Shown in pieces: positions 61,896 through 64,000 of a stretch of DNA of 64,000 nucleotides. Both the position numbers and the translations under genes were made by a program. The stretch is from Takakia lepidozioides. Lineage: Eukaryota; Plantae; Bryophyta. The stretch is from contig CM060732.1 of the NCBI GenBank assembly GCA_030704615.1, positions 620,001 through 684,000 on the forward strand. The letters run 5' to 3'. The notes beneath the pieces are model-generated. The model was not told where the DNA came from, did no database searches, and saw nothing but the letters and a program-made list of their open reading frames with translations. The number at the start of each line of letters is the position of its first letter. Position 1 is the stretch's first letter.

Positions 61896-63628
61896 ATTAC
61901 TACACATTCACCCTCAACACATCTCCTTGGCACCTCCCTTCAACCACCTGACAGGACACTAATTATCAAGTCCTTTTACAACACCCACCCCCCCATTCGG
62001 TACAACTCTCTAACCTGTGACAACCACATAAGTCTCACATCACTCACCACAACACCTGCTATCAGTCTGGCGCCACTCAGCAGCACACTTGTTAACGCGA
62101 CTCTCTGTCGCTTAACTTCCAAGTCTATAAACAACAAAGACAGGCTCCACCACCCTTACAAATTTCATTACTCCCCCAAACCAAATTTATTAGCCAGCCC
62201 CTTACAGGCCCAATTCTCCCCCTCGCACCACTGCCGTCTCTCACTGCAGGCGGCGCCTCTCTCCCACCCTGCACATGGCTTAAGCTCCATAATCAGCCCT
62301 ACCCTGTTAACTCGCTACAATCGCCGTCAGGAAGTAAACTGCTAACGTCCACACTAAATCCTCTCCACCGCTCAAGCTGGCCGAACAGTAAAAGCCACTC
62401 CCCCGCCAGCACTAACTATCCACTAGTGCAAAACGCCACTGCCAATGACACTGAAAAACACAGGATTCTTTTGACCTTCCAATGCAAATGAGGCCAAAAT
62501 TCACAAATTTTGGTTTTAGGCTGACGACATTAAACGTTGTGTAGAAGGCACAGTTTCATAATTTATTTTGGAGCGGCCAACAACACCGCCGATATGGCTA
62601 GTGAAACTTGGCACTAACCTTACATCCCAGGAGGTAGAACGATTCGAGGAAGTAAGTTTTCGGCTACCCAAACGCAATGGGTAACACATTTCCTATGGTC
62701 GCACGCTTATAGACCCTTCTTTGTATAGGTGTCCGTGGTAATAGGCCCTTAGCATAGCTGATCACTAAACCCATCCCTAATCCATATCACTAAACCATAG
62801 ACGTGTGAGTATGCTCAAGTAAGCAGGCTCTCATGCTCACGTGAGCATGCTCACATGGTAGCTGCGTCGCTGCAGAATATTGGGTTTCTTGAGTACGATA
62901 CACTAGGAGCTATCAAATATTAGTATATGGCCTTGATCTATGAGAGATCCTATTGAGATGAGATTCTTGCTCAAAGAGACAACATACAGAACATTTGGTA
63001 TCTCTTTTATTTCACCTCCTGGTAGTATAATTTCCACATTCCATTTTCCTCTATGCAGTGAGCTCCCCCTCCTGCAACTCTAATATTAGAGTCAGACGGT
63101 ACATGAGATAGAGATGTGAAGAATTACCTACGATCTCCAGACAGTACATGTCGGATAGCACCTGAATCCATGTTCAGACCATCCAATTCTAGACCCACTG
63201 TGAAGACATCCACTTCCTCGAAGTTGTCATCTAGGATCTTAGGGCCGTCGTCGGACACCTCGATCAGATGAGCTGACTCGAACCAGGGCGTCCACGTCTA
63301 TCTCGATTGCGCTTGTTGATTTCCCTAGCCAAGTCGTTGCAAATGCGAATAAGATGCCCAATGTGACCGCACTAATTGCAATGACCAACGATTCTTGGTC
63401 GAAAATCTTTAGGCCGAGAGCTCCGAGTCACCAATTTTGTTGATAGGCCATCCTCAGACGTGAAGGACTGAAGGGGTTATGGTTCTTGAACCTGGTGAAG
63501 GGTGAGTGCAGACTAAGGTGGTTCAAAAACGGCAGATGTGACCTCCACGAAAGTCCATGGGAAAAAAAACTAATTCACATTTCTTGTTCAACTATATCTT
63601 TACATTGATATGTAATGATACGCCTAAC

Positions 63629-64000
63629 CACTACACCATTTGGGGGGGTTAGCGTCGCCCGAACGACGCTATTCGAGGTCCGTAGTGGATGCGAATATGC
63701 GACGCAGCCAGGGCGTCGCATATGCACGACTTAAGGCGACGGGGGGGGGGGGGGGGGGGGTTCGCATATCCCACCCCCTGAAAATCCCCACTAGCGACGC
63801 CCCGGGCGTTGCCATAGCGATACGCATAGAGGGAAAAATAAAAAAATAAAAAATGTCATTATTTAAAAACGACGTCCTAGGGTCGTTATTGTTTTGTTTT
63901 GTTTTGTTGTATTTTGAGTCCGTCTTTGTTAGGTCATTGTTTTTGGAATCGGTTGAAAAAATGGCGGGCCTGCACACAGTTCAAAAAATGGCGGGACATA
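63629..64000 (+). mobile_element. Probable left end of a CACTA (EnSpm) transposon
   Basis: CACTACACCAT followed by subterminal gcgtcgc/gcgacgc repeats in both orientations. Confidence 0.55.

Noticed and set aside
62700-62860. Another MULE terminus (gtgagc/gctcac motifs)
   Set aside because: No defined end, partner TIR or TSD in the window.
62880-63520. Possible host exon fragment on the minus strand
   Set aside because: Interrupted by stops and has no recognisable motif.

Overview
Eukaryotic, gene-poor, nested-transposon region with spliceosomal introns and one 500-N gap. It is probably from a non-seed plant or streptophyte (inference). I could not identify any intact host gene. Two unusual transposon systems dominate. 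(1) Several related Mutator-like (MULE) DNA transposons encode a GCM-like/DDE/SWIM transposase, a divergently transcribed ParB/Sulfiredoxin-like gene and a beta-class amino (N4C/N6A) DNA-methyltransferase-like gene. Their non-coding parts are packed with subfamily-specific 18-30 bp palindromes of one geometry (GAA-N2/3-CG-N4-CG-N2/3-TTC). One copy is complete (37639-59624, 9-bp TSD CCATCACAC) and has an internal reciprocal inversion. (2) A Ty3/Gypsy family carries a DNMT3-like C5 cytosine methyltransferase between protease and RT and a PHD finger after the integrase. Its complete copy (39354-51120, 4-bp TSD GAAT) has circularly permuted 'split' LTRs (A-internal-B-A-B) opened at a palindromic GACA|GC|TGTC site, and a self-complementary, non-tRNA primer-binding site; a second, truncated copy shares the permuted start. 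Also present: a truncated chromovirus-like Gypsy plus a fragment of it, an Athila/Tat-like Gypsy remnant with a long extra ORF, a divergent pair of unknown paralogous ORFs, and a probable CACTA left end. All domain calls come from reading motifs by eye; no searches were run.
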